Shown here: piece after piece, positions 40,808 through 49,636 of the stretch
How the letters are laid out: the number at the start of each line of letters is the position of its first letter
Position numbering within the stretch: position 1 is the first letter of the stretch
Origin: an uncultured Ruminococcus sp.
GTDB lineage: Bacteria > Bacillota > Clostridia > Oscillospirales > Ruminococcaceae
Assembly (NCBI GenBank): GCA_902787825.1
Contig: CADAHS010000001.1
Location: forward strand, 74,063-138,062
DNA: 64,000 nt
Reading direction: 5' to 3'
The notes under the pieces: model-generated
The model's input: the letters and a program-made list of their open reading frames with translations, nothing else
Told to the model about the DNA's origin: nothing
The model's database searches: none
Position numbers and translations under genes: made by a program

Positions 40808-40894
40808 ATGAAAGTTGTCGTTGTAAAAACTCCGAAGATGTTGTCCGGATTTTTCAGACTGATATTTAAGATCAAAAAAGAGCAAGATACTTAA
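40808..40894 (+). CDS. spoVM: Stage V sporulation protein M (28 aa, absent from the ORF track)
   Basis: GGAGG RBS then MKVVVVKTPKMLSGFFRLIFKIKKEQDT*; amphipathic helix with Pro9; directly after thiN as in Bacillus. Confidence 0.85.
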   Translation: MKVVVVKTPKMLSGFFRLIFKIKKEQDT

Positions 40895-40969
40895 AACTGC
40901 GTCCGTGGGATTTTTCCTGCGGACATTTTTTTGCTATTGCAAAAATGATCGGAATGTGTTATAATCACA

Positions 40970-42016
40970 ATGAAGTATGTAATTACGGAGATTAGTATGG
41001 ATTATAGATTTGATGTTGATAACTGGGGCGGACATTTTAGCGTTCCTTGTTCTGTCGTGACTGAGTATCTCAAGATCAGTGACGGTAATTATATAAAAGT
41101 TCTGCTTTATATCCTCGCATCATCGGTCAGAACACTCTCGTCGGAGATCATAGCTGATGCGGTGGGCTGTACTGCTGATATTGTAGATGATGCCGTAACT
41201 CATTGGACAAGCCTTGGTGTGCTGAGTATTTCAGAAGGTCGTGCTGCTGATAACAGATCTCGCCAGGCTGCGGAAATCCCAAAGGTGCTTCCTGTAAGTT
41301 CGGTCGAATCAGTAAAGCCGACTGATAAAGCTGTTGACAGAAAGATCGTTGTTAATTATAGCCATAAGGAGATCCTTGAAAAAGCTAAACAGGACAGTGA
41401 GCTTCAGCATCTGTTTGATGAGATACAAAACTACTTGAAGTTTTCGATAAATGGTAAGGAACTTGGCAGACTTGTTGAGCTCTATGAACTCTATCATTAT
41501 GACGTTCCGACCATTCTGCTCATGGCAGAGTATTGCAGATCTATGGATAAAACAAGCGTAAACTACCTTGCTGCAACGCTTGAGGACTGGTACAATAATG
41601 ATATAACGACTTATGACCAGGTCGAAGCTGAGATCGTTAAAAGAACTGCCGTTTACAGTTATGAAAAGCTTGTTTGCAGATGCTTTGGTGTGACCGGAAG
41701 ACTTACCGCTTCTCAGAAGGAACTTGTTGAAAAGTGGCAGCAGGGCGGGATCGACGAAAGCCTTTTGAATATAGCTTATGATAAATGTATGGAGGGCACC
41801 GGCGGAAAGCTGCGTTTTAAATATATTGATAGTGTTATCTCATCATGGATGAATAAGGGCATTAAAACAGCTGAGCAGGTCAAAGCTGATGACGAAAAGT
41901 TCCGTGGCAAGACCACAGCGGCGACATCAGCAAATGAAAAGACCAATTCTTACAGCATCGAAAAGCTGGAAGAGCTGGACAGGAATTTTGTTTCAAGAAA
42001 TGAGGATCCCACATAA
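40970..42016 (+). CDS. DnaD/DnaB_2 domain replication protein
   Basis: Two DnaD-like repeats (NYLAATLEDWYNNDITT; KYIDSVISSWMNKGIKT) and an N-terminal wHTH-like region. Confidence 0.85.
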   Translation: MKYVITEISMDYRFDVDNWGGHFSVPCSVVTEYLKISDGNYIKVLLYILASSVRTLSSEIIADAVGCTADIVDDAVTHWTSLGVLSISEGRAADNRSRQAAEIPKVLPVSSVESVKPTDKAVDRKIVVNYSHKEILEKAKQDSELQHLFDEIQNYLKFSINGKELGRLVELYELYHYDVPTILLMAEYCRSMDKTSVNYLAATLEDWYNNDITTYDQVEAEIVKRTAVYSYEKLVCRCFGVTGRLTASQKELVEKWQQGGIDESLLNIAYDKCMEGTGGKLRFKYIDSVISSWMNKGIKTAEQVKADDEKFRGKTTAATSANEKTNSYSIEKLEELDRNFVSRNEDPT

Positions 42017-42990
42017 TGAAATATACCGAACAGGCTTATCTCAAAGCTGAGAATGAGCTTAACAACAGACGAAAAGCTGCTGAGAATGAATACCTTGACC
42101 ATTGCGCAAAAGCTTATGAAGCTGCTCCTGAGCTTATTGAGATCAATGAAAAGATCACAAGCGTAAATTGCGAGATCATTAAAGCTATAACTGACAGATC
42201 ATCCGGGAAGAAGCCAAGCGAGCTTGTTATGCAGATAAAGGAGAACAACAGGCTCGCTCATGAAAAAAAAGCGGCAATCCTCAAAAAAGTTGGTTTGCCA
42301 CAAGACTTTCTGGATCATAAGTATACCTGTAGAATTTGTAATGACAGCGGTTTTGTTGACGGCATAAGATGTAAATGCTTTGAACAGCTGCTTGAAGAGT
42401 ATTCGATCAGTGAGGTTTCGCAAGACTGTGATATCAAGCTGCATAGCTTTGATGAGTTTATGCTTTCGTACTATCCCGGCGGAAATGATTCAAACTCTCC
42501 GAGACATCAGATGGAGCTTATCCTCAATAAGTGTATAGAATATGCTAATAATTTCGGAGAAAACTCCGGGTCACTCTTTTTATACGGTAATACAGGCCTT
42601 GGAAAAACTTTTCTAAGCTCATGTATTGCTAATGCTGTTATAAACAAGGGATATTTTGTGGTATTCAGATCTATCCTCAAGGTCTTTGAAGATGCGCTTG
42701 CAGAGCATTTCGGAAAGAAAACGGGCAACACTCTTGAGAAACTCAGCAAAGCTGATCTGCTGATACTTGATGACCTCGGATCCGAGTTCGGAAGCCAGTC
42801 TGATCCTATACTTTATCAGATCCTTAACGACCGTATAAATCTGAATAAACCAACAGTAATAACCTCAAATCTTTCATTGCAGGAACTAAACGGAAGATAT
42901 AATGAAAGGATAGTTTCCAGACTGCTTGGCGAGTTCAGAAGATTTCCATTTGTCGGAGAGGATATCCGCTTTAAAATCAATCGGAATTGA
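42016..42990 (+). CDS. DnaC/DnaI-like helicase loader ATPase
   Basis: CRICNDSG...CKC Zn site, YGNTGLGKT, LILDDLGSE, ITSNL, ERIVSRL. Confidence 0.88.
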   Translation: MKYTEQAYLKAENELNNRRKAAENEYLDHCAKAYEAAPELIEINEKITSVNCEIIKAITDRSSGKKPSELVMQIKENNRLAHEKKAAILKKVGLPQDFLDHKYTCRICNDSGFVDGIRCKCFEQLLEEYSISEVSQDCDIKLHSFDEFMLSYYPGGNDSNSPRHQMELILNKCIEYANNFGENSGSLFLYGNTGLGKTFLSSCIANAVINKGYFVVFRSILKVFEDALAEHFGKKTGNTLEKLSKADLLILDDLGSEFGSQSDPILYQILNDRINLNKPTVITSNLSLQELNGRYNERIVSRLLGEFRRFPFVGEDIRFKINRN

Positions 42991-42994
42991 TACT

Positions 42995-43024
42995 AAAAAC
43001 CGCATCAACTGATGCGGTTTTTTT
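42995..43024 (+). terminator. Intrinsic terminator
   Basis: AAAAACCGCATCA-AC-TGATGCGGTTTTTTT. Confidence 0.85.
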
Positions 43025-43039
43025 GTGTATAAAATAGTC

Positions 43040-43068
43040 TTGACAAAAAAGTTAGCTTATGCTAACAT
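43040..43068 (+). promoter_or_regulatory. feoA promoter with overlapping palindromic operator GTTAGC-TTAT-GCTAAC (43051-43066)
   Basis: TTGACA(43040)-17-TAACAT(43063); perfect 6-bp inverted repeat resembling DtxR/IdeR/MntR-family boxes. Confidence 0.7.
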
Positions 43069-43104
43069 TATATAGGTAAGTTTAAAGATTTATGGAGGAA
43101 TACT

Positions 43105-43338
43105 ATGACACTTGATAAGCTCCCGGTAGGTAAAAGTGCGATCATACTGTCAGTCGGCGGAGAAGGTGAGCTGCGATGCAGACTCCTTGATATGGGACTG
43201 ATACCCAAAACAAAAGTCACCGTGAGGAAAGTTGCACCGATGGGGGATCCTGTTGAGCTCGAGATCAGAGGTTACGAGCTTACTATAAGAATTGAAGATG
43301 CTAAAAAAATTGAGATACAGGAAAGCGGTGAAGAGTAA
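43105..43338 (+). CDS. feoA: Ferrous iron transport protein A
   Basis: RLLDMGLIP.T.V.VRKVAPMGDPVEL..RGY.L.IR. Confidence 0.95.
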   Translation: MTLDKLPVGKSAIILSVGGEGELRCRLLDMGLIPKTKVTVRKVAPMGDPVELEIRGYELTIRIEDAKKIEIQESGEE

Positions 43339-45344
43339 TGGTCTTTGCACTTGTAGGAAATCAGAATTGCGGCAAAACAACACTTTTCAACAGCCTTACC
43401 GGTTCTAATCAGCATGTTGGTAATTTTCCCGGAGTTACTGTTGATCAGAAGATAGGTAATATCAACGGCGCTAAAAATGCTTCTGTGGTTGATCTTCCGG
43501 GTATCTATTCTCTTCGTCCGTATACTCAGGAGGAGATCGTTACCAGGGATTTTATAATTAATGAAAAGCCGGACGGTATAATTAATATTGTAGATGCAAC
43601 TAATATCGAGAGAAATCTTTATCTTTCGCTTCAGCTGCTTGAAATGCATATCCCTATGGTTATTGCTCTTAATATGATGGATGAGGTGCGTAACAACGGA
43701 GGGACAATTAATATTCCGAGAATAACCGAAATGCTCGGTGTTCCCGTTGTGCCCATCAGTGCAGCAAAAAATGAAGGTATACCTGATCTTGTTTCGCACG
43801 CTGTTGATGTTGCAAAAAACAAGGTGTTCCCTAAGATAATGGATTTCTGCCCTCAGGGACCTGTTCACAGGTGTGTTCACAGTGTTACACACCAGATCGA
43901 AGACCATGCTATCAAATTCGGGATATCTCCGAGGTTTTGTGCAACAAAGCTTATCGAAAATGATAAAGATTTTACTAAAGTACTTGATCTTGATGAAAAC
44001 GAAAAAGAGCTTATCGAGCATAGCGTTCTTGAAATGGAAACTGAATGTGGAATGGACAGGAATGCTGCGATCGCTGATATGAGATATAATTTTATTGAAG
44101 GCATATGTCGTGTATGCGTTGTAAAATGCAAGGAAAGCAAGGAACATAAACGAAGTGTTAAAATTGATAATATTCTTACGAATAAATATCTTGCGATACC
44201 GTTGTTTGTGCTGATAATGTGTGCGGTGTTTTATCTTACATTCGGCGTAATCGGCTCTTTCCTCAGTGATCTGCTTGCAAGCGGTATAGAAAAGCTTGCG
44301 AACGTTGTTGATAAGGGGCTGACATCTTATGGTGTCAATTCTGTCGTACATAGCCTTATCATTGAAGGTATATTTGCAGGCGTCGGCAGTGTGCTCAGCT
44401 TTCTGCCTATAATTGTAGTGCTGTTCTTTTTCCTTTCTGTATTGGAGGATACAGGCTATATGGCACGAGTTGCATTTGTAATGGACAAGCTGCTTCGTAA
44501 GATCGGTCTTTCGGGAAGAAGTATAGTACCGATGCTGATAGGCTTTGGCTGCTCAGTTCCTGCTGTTATGGCGAGCAGAACATTGTCTTCAAACCGTGAC
44601 AGAAAGATGACTATAATGCTTGTTCCGTTTATGAGCTGTTCTGCGAAGATCCCGATATATACTTTGTTTGCATCAGCATTTTTTCCAAAGAGTTCTGCGC
44701 TTGTAATGATAATTCTTTATTTTTCAGGTATATTGATCGGCATAATAGTTGCGCTCTTGCTGAAATCGACTGTTTTCAGAGGCAAACCGGTGCCATTTGT
44801 AATGGAACTTCCAAACTATCGTATCCCGTCAATCAAAACAGTTATGCTGCTTATGTGGGATAAAGCTAAGGACTTTTTGCAAAGAGCATTTACAGTGATC
44901 TTTGTTGCGACTATCATAATCTGGTTTTTGCAGAAATTTGATGCAAGGTTCAACGTTGTATCTGACAGTTCAGAAAGCCTTCTTGCTCTTATAGGTAAGT
45001 ACCTTGCACCGCTTTTTTCGCCTCTCGGTTTTGGCGATTGGCGCATTACTACTTCGCTTATATCGGGATTTACCGCAAAAGAAGCGGTCGTAAGTACGCT
45101 CGGAGTGCTTACGCAGACAGGGAATGCTGAGCTGCAAAACAATCTCAGCACAATGTTCACATCGCTTTCAGCCGCAAGCTTTTTGACCTTTACACTGCTG
45201 TATACACCGTGTGTTGCCGCTGTTGCTGCGATCAAGAGGGAACTCGCATCAAGGTCAAAAACTCTTCTGATCGTTGTTTTTCAATGTGCTATTGCCTGGT
45301 GTGCTGCTTTTGCGGTATACAATATAGGCGGATTGTTTTTCTGA
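43338..45344 (+). CDS. feoB: Ferrous iron transport protein B
   Basis: GNQNCGKT, VGNFPGVTV, DLPGIYS, NMMD, GFGCSVPA, PFMSCSAK, YTPCVA. Confidence 0.96.
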   Translation: MVFALVGNQNCGKTTLFNSLTGSNQHVGNFPGVTVDQKIGNINGAKNASVVDLPGIYSLRPYTQEEIVTRDFIINEKPDGIINIVDATNIERNLYLSLQLLEMHIPMVIALNMMDEVRNNGGTINIPRITEMLGVPVVPISAAKNEGIPDLVSHAVDVAKNKVFPKIMDFCPQGPVHRCVHSVTHQIEDHAIKFGISPRFCATKLIENDKDFTKVLDLDENEKELIEHSVLEMETECGMDRNAAIADMRYNFIEGICRVCVVKCKESKEHKRSVKIDNILTNKYLAIPLFVLIMCAVFYLTFGVIGSFLSDLLASGIEKLANVVDKGLTSYGVNSVVHSLIIEGIFAGVGSVLSFLPIIVVLFFFLSVLEDTGYMARVAFVMDKLLRKIGLSGRSIVPMLIGFGCSVPAVMASRTLSSNRDRKMTIMLVPFMSCSAKIPIYTLFASAFFPKSSALVMIILYFSGILIGIIVALLLKSTVFRGKPVPFVMELPNYRIPSIKTVMLLMWDKAKDFLQRAFTVIFVATIIIWFLQKFDARFNVVSDSSESLLALIGKYLAPLFSPLGFGDWRITTSLISGFTAKEAVVSTLGVLTQTGNAELQNNLSTMFTSLSAASFLTFTLLYTPCVAAVAAIKRELASRSKTLLIVVFQCAIAWCAAFAVYNIGGLFF

Positions 45345-45352
45345 GGTGGAAT

Positions 45353-45514
45353 ATGAAAGCTGCTGATTATGTGCTTATATTTATAATTGCCCTGCTTGCA
45401 GTTGTTGCGATCATCTGTATAATCAGACAGCGCAAAAAGGGAAACGGCTGCTGCGGGCAGTGTAAGTGCTGTTCATTATCGGAAAGCTGCTCTAAGCATG
45501 ATAAAGGACAATAG
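45353..45514 (+). CDS. FeoB-associated Cys-rich membrane protein
   Basis: 53 aa, one TM then GCCGQCKCC..C; GAGGTG RBS immediately after feoB. Confidence 0.85.
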   Translation: MKAADYVLIFIIALLAVVAIICIIRQRKKGNGCCGQCKCCSLSESCSKHDKGQ

Positions 45515-45518
45515 ATAA

Positions 45519-45545
45519 AGCCATACAGGATCATTCTGTATGGCT
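45519..45545. terminator. Hairpin between convergent genes
   Basis: AGCCATACAGGA/TTCTGTATGGCT stem. Confidence 0.65.
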
Positions 45546-45552
45546 CATCTTA

Positions 45553-46653
45553 TTATTGCTGGTTTATGTCTATCATCACAAATTCCGATTTCGTGCCGGT
45601 TTTGAAACGTATCGCCCAGCATGAGATCCCGGACGTGACTATAAATTCTGTGTTATTGCGCTTTTCATATCCATAGGTCCTGTCATTTATATTGAACCAT
45701 TCTCCAACGTGCGTAACAGGGAAGAACTGACCGCCGTGCGTGTGACCTGAAACTACCAGATCAGCATTGCTTTCTGCTTCTCTTGAATAATCCGCAGGTT
45801 GATGATCCATAACAATGATATATTTGCTTGTATCAAGTTTTTCTGTAAGTTCAACTGCGTCCTTTCTGTTTTTGTCGGACTTGTCCTTTCTTCCGACGAT
45901 ATAGAACCTATCATCTATAAGTTCATACTCATCCTGAAGAATATGCACATTGTTCTTTTTCATCTCATCTTCAAGTTCTTGTGCTGAAAAACCTCTGTGC
46001 TCAGAGCCGTAGTAACCTTTATCGTGATTTCCGTACGCAAACCATACTCCGTATTTGAAATCAGTCTTTCCTAATGCTTCACAGGCTTTTATCATGCTTT
46101 CACGATCTGTATCGTCATCAACGAAATCTCCCGGGATAAGCAATATATCAGGTGATTGCTTGATTATCTCATCAAGCCTTTCTTTGAATCCATCACCGTC
46201 AAAAGTATTACAAATATGCGAGTCAGCAAACATTGCAACTTTCAGAGTGCCGACCTGTTTATCGGTCGTGATAGCGTAATCAGTCTGCCAGATGTTGTTG
46301 CAAAGGAAATACGCAACGCATAGATATACAATGGTAGTTGTCAAAGCAAGCCAGCCGTGTAAATTGATCTTTGGTTTTTTCTTTGCGATCTTAACAGAAA
46401 TTCGTACCAATAATCCGAATAAAAGAAAGAAAATTATAAAGTGCAGCAGCACTATCACAGCGTTGACAAGTGACATTGCTATCGTTATAGAAGCAAAACA
46501 AACAGCTATCATGCCAAACGATATAAGAAGCTTTAGCCATTTTTTATCCTGTGAAAGCTTTTTTACAGCACCAAATTTTGCTACTGCAAATGTCAGATAT
46601 ATGGCTCCGCCTATTGCTGCAACGAGAACAAGACCAAGAATTATCAGCCACAT
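45553..46653 (-). CDS. Membrane-anchored metallophosphoesterase (YkuE-like)
   Basis: N-terminal TM segments; ADSH, GDFVD, GNHD, DHQP, GHTHGGQ; promoter TTGAAA-17-TATAAT on the minus strand near 46692-46720. Confidence 0.9.
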   Translation of the reverse strand: MWLIILGLVLVAAIGGAIYLTFAVAKFGAVKKLSQDKKWLKLLISFGMIAVCFASITIAMSLVNAVIVLLHFIIFFLLFGLLVRISVKIAKKKPKINLHGWLALTTTIVYLCVAYFLCNNIWQTDYAITTDKQVGTLKVAMFADSHICNTFDGDGFKERLDEIIKQSPDILLIPGDFVDDDTDRESMIKACEALGKTDFKYGVWFAYGNHDKGYYGSEHRGFSAQELEDEMKKNNVHILQDEYELIDDRFYIVGRKDKSDKNRKDAVELTEKLDTSKYIIVMDHQPADYSREAESNADLVVSGHTHGGQFFPVTHVGEWFNINDRTYGYEKRNNTEFIVTSGISCWAIRFKTGTKSEFVMIDINQQ

Positions 46654-46789
46654 AAGTGATACCTCCTTTTGGTAATGTTTTGGTTGTACTAATTATATCA
46701 CAAAAGTCAACAGTTTTCAATTACTTAATAGCTATTTATATCCATACATTTGAGTAATAACGGTTTTCTTTTTTATTATCAAAAAATAC

Positions 46790-46818
46790 TTGACATAACC
46801 TTGCAAAAATGATATAAT
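46790..46818 (+). promoter_or_regulatory. tRNA-Pro promoter
   Basis: TTGACA(46790)-17-TATAAT(46813). Confidence 0.8.
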
Positions 46819-46830
46819 ATATAGCGTCAT

Positions 46831-46904
46831 CGGGGTGTGGCGCAGATTGGTAGCGCGCTTCCTTGGGGTGGAAGAGGTCGTCGGTTCAAATCCGGTCACT
46901 CCGA
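46831..46904 (+). tRNA. tRNA-Pro(GGG)
   Basis: Acceptor CGGGGTG/CACTCCG, anticodon stem CTTCC/GGAAG with loop TTGGGGT, T-loop GTTCAAAT; CCA not encoded. Confidence 0.95.
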
Positions 46905-46910
46905 CTATTG

Positions 46911-46954
46911 AAAGGTCTATATTTGCGATTGTTTCGCAGATATAGACTTTTTTT
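46911..46954 (+). terminator. Terminator after tRNA-Pro
   Basis: AAGGTCTATATTTGCGA/TCGCAGATATAGACTTT plus T run. Confidence 0.8.
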
Positions 46955-47120
46955 GTTTAAAACAATAATACTTGTATATATAATATCATACAAAAATGGA
47001 TTGTGATAATTGTGCATTGTTCCAATTTTTTGAAAATGAGTTCAATTTTTCGACTCTTAGTGCTATAATATTATTGAAAATTGCATTATACACTATTTTT
47101 TTTTGGAAGGAGAACCTGCT

Positions 47121-49232
47121 GTGAAAAGAAAACTCATTTCAATAATCGTTTCTCTCGGTCTTCTCATAAGCTGCATCAGCACAATTTCATCAAATTCTTT
47201 TGACGCTGTGTATTCATACACTTCATATGCTGAAACGGAAGGTGACTTTGAGTATAAAATACTTGATGATGGCAGTGTTGAGATAACGGCTTTAAACTCA
47301 GATATGACAAAAGTCGAGATCCCTGCTGTAATCGCAGGCAGAAATGTCACCGCAATAAGTGACAAAGCGATCGGATATACAAAGCAGGGTATAAAGATCA
47401 CTGATTTTGTCATAAAGTGTTATAAAGGAAGTATCGGTGAGAAATACGCCAAGAAGAACGGCTTCGATTATATCTACCTACCGAAGGAGCATACGCATAC
47501 TTTTAAAACAACTGAAGTAAAGGCGAATTGCACTCAGGGTGGGGGTGTTTTGCATATATGTACGGTTTGTAATTACAGCTACTCCAGCGATGTAACTCCA
47601 CCGATCGGGCATAAATTCGGGGAATGGGAGCTTTCTCAGAAACCGGATTGCGAAAACGATGGTTTTGAATGCAGGTATTGTAAAAATTGTGAATACTATG
47701 AGAAAAGGACGGTCAAAGCGATCGGTCACAACTGGAGTGAGCCTGAGTTTTCGTGGAACGGCACATCTTCTGCGTCAGTAAGATCTATTTGTAAAAATAA
47801 CAGCGGCCATATCCATACAGATAAAGCAAAAATCACATCAAAGACTGAGCCTGCTGACTGCACAAAGTCGGGAAAGATAACTTATACAGCGTCTGTGTCC
47901 TTGGATTCAAAGACGTATACTGATACAAAGATCGTAACTATTGAGAAATTGTCACATAGCTGGGGTGAACCGTTATGGACATGGAATTCAACAGATTATG
48001 CTGCTGCAAAATTTGTTTGTACTAACAATAAGCTGCATACTACGGTAATTCCTGCGCAGATCACTTCAGTTTCAGATAAAGCAACCTGCACCAGGGACGG
48101 AAAAACTACATACACCGCCAAAGTTCTGCTTAACGGTAAAGAGTATAAGGACAAGAAATCTGTTGTAAGTCAGAGTGCAACAGGGCATAGCTATACTAAT
48201 TGGAAAACAACCAAAACCGACTATAAGAATGCTGTGTATATCCAGTCAAGAAAGTGTACTGCCTGTGGAGCTGTACAGACACGCAGCGAAACATTAACCA
48301 TGCAGAGATTTGCTGGATCGGACAGGTTTGACACTGCTGCCAAGATCTCGTGTGAAAGTGGTCTGTTCGATGAAGCAGATACAGTAGTTCTTGCTAATGG
48401 AATGAATTTTGCGGATGCACTTGCAGGTGTGCCACTTGCAGCTGCCTATGATGCTCCAATATTGCTTACCAGGGTAAACAGCCTTCCGGATGTTACTCTT
48501 GCTGAGATAAAGCGGCTGAAAGCTAAGAATATAATCATTCTCGGCGGAGAAAAAGCTGTTGGCAGGGAGGTCGAGCAAACACTTGAAGAAAATGGTTATA
48601 ACGATAAGTCGATCAAAAGGCTTGCAGGCGAAACACGCTTTGGCACAGCTGTAAAGGTAGCAAAGCAGCTTGAGAAAAAAACAGGGAAAACACCTGACGA
48701 TCTGTATTTCGTAGTCTATGATAATTTTGCTGATGCTCTTTCAGCCGGAACAGCGGCAGCTTTAAGCGGATCACCTATACTATATGTCACTAAGAATGGC
48801 CAGCCCGACAAGGATACATCAGCATATATCAAGAGCGTTAGATCAAGCATTGATATGGCGTATATAATTGGAGGAACAGCAGTTATATCCAGTGAAAAGG
48901 AAAGAATCATAAAGGAGCTTCTCTCAAAGCCTGTCGAACGTATCTGGGGTAAAAACAGATATGAGACCTGTATCGCAATAAACACTAAATTTGCAGATGT
49001 TCTTAGCGGGGATCATATATGTGCTGCAAAAGGTCTGGATTTCCCCGATGCTCTCGCCGGCGGAGTTTTTGCTGCAAAGCGAAAAGCACCGCTGATGCTT
49101 GCAGATAACGCTTTGAGTAATAGCCAGATAACGTATCTGAAAAAGAAGAATGCAAAAACAACATATGTTTTTGGTGGTATCGTTGCAGTTCCCGAGGCTC
49201 TTGCAAAAAATATCGTTGAGTATTCAAAATAA
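47121..49232 (+). CDS. Secreted cell-wall protein: collapsed BspA-type LRR caps, Cys/His repeats, three CWB2 repeats
   Basis: Signal peptide; C-terminal RFAGSDRFDTA...FADALA...PILLT...LGG repeated three times (cell_wall_binding_2 pattern). Start GTG 47121 after GGAAGGAG (track start 47103). Confidence 0.85.
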   Translation: MKRKLISIIVSLGLLISCISTISSNSFDAVYSYTSYAETEGDFEYKILDDGSVEITALNSDMTKVEIPAVIAGRNVTAISDKAIGYTKQGIKITDFVIKCYKGSIGEKYAKKNGFDYIYLPKEHTHTFKTTEVKANCTQGGGVLHICTVCNYSYSSDVTPPIGHKFGEWELSQKPDCENDGFECRYCKNCEYYEKRTVKAIGHNWSEPEFSWNGTSSASVRSICKNNSGHIHTDKAKITSKTEPADCTKSGKITYTASVSLDSKTYTDTKIVTIEKLSHSWGEPLWTWNSTDYAAAKFVCTNNKLHTTVIPAQITSVSDKATCTRDGKTTYTAKVLLNGKEYKDKKSVVSQSATGHSYTNWKTTKTDYKNAVYIQSRKCTACGAVQTRSETLTMQRFAGSDRFDTAAKISCESGLFDEADTVVLANGMNFADALAGVPLAAAYDAPILLTRVNSLPDVTLAEIKRLKAKNIIILGGEKAVGREVEQTLEENGYNDKSIKRLAGETRFGTAVKVAKQLEKKTGKTPDDLYFVVYDNFADALSAGTAAALSGSPILYVTKNGQPDKDTSAYIKSVRSSIDMAYIIGGTAVISSEKERIIKELLSKPVERIWGKNRYETCIAINTKFADVLSGDHICAAKGLDFPDALAGGVFAAKRKAPLMLADNALSNSQITYLKKKNAKTTYVFGGIVAVPEALAKNIVEYSK
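47727..48188 (+). repeat. Two tandem ~76-77-aa repeats within the CWB2 protein
   Basis: HxWxEPxWxW...C...H...A.IT...A.CT..GK.TYTA.V.L..K.Y.D.K.V starting at 47727 and 47955; the next His is at 48186. Confidence 0.8.
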
Positions 49233-49244
49233 ACGAACTGATAC

Positions 49245-49490
49245 AAAAACTGCACAGGAAGCATATAAGTGCTGTACTTATACAGAAGCATTATAAGTGT
49301 TTTTTGGGGAAAACCCTTTTGCAAAAGGGTTATTCCCCAAGCCCCTTTCCTAAAACTCTTAATATCGGGGTTAAAAAATAGTTATGGTCAAAAAATGCGG
49401 CTGTGAAACAGTACTTCGCAATAAAAGATATTACTCAAAATGATTTATATAACTTCTATATAGGTACTACCCTTATCCTGTGCGGTTTTT
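49245..49490. mobile_element. Putative MITE-like / interspersed palindromic element
   Basis: 15-bp terminal inverted repeats, 14/15 identical (AAAAACTGCACAGGA at 49245; TCCTGTGCGGTTTTT at 49476), and a central near-perfect palindrome at 49304-49340; no convincing gene inside. Confidence 0.45.
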
Positions 49491-49521
49491 TTTGTTATAT
49501 ATTTATTTTTAATAAAAACTG

Positions 49522-49550
49522 TTGAAATTGTGTTGAATTTGTGTTATAAT
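49522..49550 (+). promoter_or_regulatory. Promoter of the GGDEF/EAL gene
   Basis: TTGAAA(49522)-17-TATAAT(49545), overlapping an imperfect 11-bp tandem GTTGAAWTTGT. Confidence 0.7.
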
Positions 49551-49636
49551 CATACTATAATAGATAAATGTATCTAATTGTATCTCTTTAAAAGGGGAGC
49601 TTCAAACAATGACCAATTATCCTGCGGAGGTAGGCT

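Noticed and set aside
40970-42990. Prophage replication module or IS21 istB
   Set aside because: The DnaD plus DnaC-like pair sits in core context with no IstA, integrase or phage genes; it is best read as the host helicase-loading genes.
43272-44351. 359-aa antisense ORF
   Set aside because: It lies opposite feoB, has no motif or RBS, and is a typical shadow ORF.
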